Assembly (NCBI GenBank): GCA_002633005.1
Contig: NMRA01000320.1
Span: 253,817 to 290,215 of the forward strand
Direction of reading: 5' to 3'
Source: Phoronis australis
Lineage: Eukaryota > Animalia > Phoronida
DNA: 36,399 bases
Made by a program: the position numbers and the translations under genes. Shown here piece after piece: positions 33,150 to 36,399 of the stretch. Below the pieces are notes generated by a model. It was not told the origin of the DNA and did no database searches. It saw nothing but the letters and a program-made list of their open reading frames with translations. The number at the start of each line of letters is the position of its first letter. Positions within the stretch are counted from its first letter, which is position 1.

Positions 33150-33420
33150 CAGGCGTAAAATGCGTCTTTCCGTCTCGTACCATGCACCGAAATTTCCTGC
33201 TTGTCGCCATTGTGGGTCCTGTTGTTTACATGAAGCGACAACCGGTGATCGATTGTTATATCCTGTTTTGACCTTGTAAAACGCTTCTGGTTGTTTCGAA
33301 GAAATCGCCTGGTTCCAACACATCCAGTGAGGCGCGCCTGGGTTTGGAACCAGATGCGCTGTCAGCTTTACGCGATATCGTTTTTCGAAGAAACGACAAA
33401 TAGTGGGCGGGATTGATGTA
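33150..33420 (-). promoter_or_regulatory. Candidate promoter and first exon of the ZNFX1-like gene
   Basis: Locally CpG-rich stretch with a GC-box-like GGGCGGGA at about 33404. ATG in good context (acaATGg) at 33210 reads MATSRKFRCMVRDGKTHFTP to the donor CCTG|gtaaga at 33150/33149. The phase (1) does not match the 28569 acceptor (2). Confidence 0.4.
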
Positions 33421-36399
33421 AACAAGTGGGAACGGTTAACTGGGGTAGTTAATCTGCAAGCGAAATTTTTCTGAAAATAGGATTTAGTAACGAAGTCTCG
33501 GTAGTCACCGAAACTTTGTTGTAGTGCCGGGAACGATCAACGGTTAGCATAACAAATATCAACCAGACGCTGTATATTCAAACATGTTTTCGAATTTGGA
33601 ACAGCTACAGCTCTTAAACGTTAATATATTCCATCCGAGGTCGACTTGTAATAATCTTGACCCTGATAGCATGAGCTCTAACAGGTCACAAGCTGCAATA
33701 GTTTTGTGAATAAACATTATTCCCAGTTTGCTATTTATTTAATTATGGGCAGCGGACTGTTGTAAATACTTCTATTGTTATGACTGAATTACTCTTTTTT
33801 AGAAATTACTTACATTGTATTGCTATTATAACAGTTTGTGTTTGCCTTTGCTATAGCTTAGTAGGGGGTTAGACTTTATGACGCACACATCACGTGATAC
33901 GTACTTTTGCTTCTAAACTTGGGTGTAAACTTTGGATTTTTGTAACAATGAAAATATGTACTCTCAATGTCATCAAGATCGACAACTACTTCAATTCATT
34001 CCACATGGTCTTACGTTTTTGCACAGTTGTGAATTATATTCCAAGGAACATTTTCGTTGCGTTTTGAACATCCATAATGATCTCATAATTGTAACGCTTA
34101 TTCGTAAATTTGGAAGGAATTGTCACAACCTCATCCTATCAACAGCTTCTGTGAAATACAATTAAGCAAAATGGCCAGCCTTGGAAAACTTTTTCATTAA
34201 AATATCAAAAACAGTTTAACTGCAATTTCGGAAATGAGTAGTAAATTATTTTGCATAGTCAAAATGATTAAGTTGACTTTTTGGGTCCATATTGGTATTT
34301 TCGCTACCCACTGTATATTCTCCTTACCCACAACGTTCCTCAGTCGATGTTACCCTGTCTCAATGTTCACCGGTACCATTGCTTTCCATGCCTCATCATA
34401 GTTACACCGTGTTGGACAATGGCACTCAAAACCTGTTCCAACTCGAATCTGGCATCGGACGTGGCTCCTAATTAATCCATTCTGAAAAAATCTGGTCCCT
34501 CGTTAACGCAACCACTTACTGGCATTCACTTGATGAACGCGCACGGCGTATGAATGACTTTCGTAAATAAAAACTAAGTTTGAGATAATCCTGAGTATAT
34601 GAATATTTAAATCCTGAATAGATTGGAATGGCTTAATGGCATTCTTTAGATAATTTAGCTTTTTACTTTCGAAAAAACCTTGGTGTTACCCTCCGTCCAC
34701 GTACATGAAAAACAACGCCTAATTACATATTTAAGATAGTAGCTGAAACATTTCACTTGTTTATGCGACTAAAAAGATGACATTTTGTTTATCCAGTAGC
34801 CAGTTAGCTATAGTTTTGTAAACTTCCAAGCACAAGGAAAGTTGCCGCAAGTTTTGACCAACGTTAAGGGTGCTCATACGAGAACGGACACGGAGATACA
34901 CATTGCTCAGTACAGCAAGCCAGATTGTAAGTCTTGATACGACCGATGATCGAATCTGGGTAGCAAGAGTGAGAGTGGACACGTGACTCCGACGTTTTGA
35001 CACATGTCGCTTGAACATGTGTACATTAAACACACAACAAATCATAGATACACATTTAATCTGAGAAATTCCTCCTGACTGAATCCATAAATAATTTCAA
35101 GTTCAGAGTTTCTCTCGTGACAGGCACTCTATGAGATCTTTTCCAGGTGAATGGCCGGTTACGGTACGGAGGTTTCACGTAATTAGCACAAATCGCAATT
35201 CTGTACAATGATACCGCGATGTCAATGAAAACAACTCTGAGCGATCTCCAGAAGTGATTAGTCATAATGACTTGGGGGAACTTTTTTGTGAAAAAAGATC
35301 AACCTGGCGTGTTGATATACGTGTGGAGTATCAATTGTTTTCAATTTCGGGTACGTTTAACCGCAGAAACGAATATTAAACAACTTGAAGTGTAGGTTCA
35401 AAAACCTGAAATTTGTGTACCTCGCATTGTCCAAATTGATGTAGGGTGTATGTATGAGCCTGTGGAAGCTCTGTTAGTGTGACGTAATTGTACATTGACC
35501 ACTAAGCCACAGAGGTTTGTCGTAATTTGTTGCATGATCGAATCTACTTAATATGAGGGCCTCTCCAAAGATACAGAAACTTTTCGTGTACCTAGTAAAT
35601 TGGCGTTTTCAGCTCAAAGATACACATTGAGCGCCTAATATTGAATTCAAGACCCGAGGTCTAACCTTAGTACACGAGACTCATCAAACTCGAAACTATT
35701 TTCAGATTTTCCTGCCTTCTTTCGTGCAAACTCAAGTGTCTAGTAGTCTGTGTTCAAACACGTTATGGTTTACTTGGATGACTGTCTAATTTTAATTAGC
35801 AGATGACTTCAGCATTGAATAGATGCAACGCGTTCAAGTCTTACTTCGAACTTTCGAGTTTATCTCGCAATCTAGAGTATATAATCGACTTTGCGGCATA
35901 AATCTACGGGTCATCAAGTGCAAACTTGAACTGGACTCTCGTCAGCATAAACCACGACTTACCCGAGTAGAGAAGAAAGACAACATCATTAGTTTGCACA
36001 ACAATAAAACTTAGAGCATTTTGACAAGACATTTTGTTGTGTTCAAATCACCTTACTTTATTTTACGGAAAGGCGTGACATTTGGTTTCTGAGTGTTTCT
36101 TAGGCAATTCTAAATGTAAAGTCAATTAGCTGACTTATTAATCAATTAATTCATCACCCTAATAGTACATATGTGCTGACATTATTACACTCTTAGTTAT
36201 TTTTCGCATTTTGGTAACACTCGTAGTTTTTGGAATTAAAAATATTTAACATGACAGAATTATTAACGAGTTAAATAAGTAAACTATTTTTCCTGGTGTA
36301 ATTAGGCTCGTAGGAATGCAAAAAATATCGGGGGGAGCACAAACTATTTTGACTTCGACTTTGCCAAACAACCCCCGCCCCCAGAGGCACCACCTTCGC

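Noticed and set aside
35390-35516. tRNA-like A-box (tggcttagtgg on -) and a weak B-box
   Set aside because: No cloverleaf and too degenerate to call a tRNA; at most a SINE relic.
33500-36399. Short ORFs in the distal region
   Set aside because: No recognisable domains or consistent exon chain.

Overview
This is AT-rich, intron-containing eukaryotic DNA, most likely from an invertebrate animal. It is not prokaryotic: I found no rRNA, intact tRNA or CRISPR. Two genes lie tail-to-tail. (1) On +, a PARP2-like poly(ADP-ribose) polymerase has 15 exons in the window (652-18248). All GT-AG junctions are phase-compatible and give 641 aa; the 5' end is upstream of the window. Architecture: WWE(partial)-WWE-basic linker-WGR-regulatory helical domain-catalytic domain, with an intact H-Y-E triad. 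(2) On -, a ZNFX1-like UPF1/SF1 RNA helicase (about 2374 aa from the Met at 28535) is built around a 6012-nt exon. It departs from canonical ZNFX1 in three ways: the helical insertion between helicase motifs I and II is triplicated, the NF-X1-type Cys/His array is expanded to about 680 aa, and a K/S/T/P-rich repeated tail sits where the C-terminal ubiquitin-ligase region is expected. Introns and flanks carry minisatellites, a tandem repeat that copies an exon-intron junction, a perfect 75-bp palindrome, MITEs (including a TTAA-flanked Kolobok-like element and two 75-bp elements with 5-bp flanking repeats) and a decayed hAT transposase. A LINE RT fragment sits at an assembly gap where two apparent haplotypes (with and without the insertion) are assembled in tandem. 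All family assignments are from motif recognition only; no database search was run.
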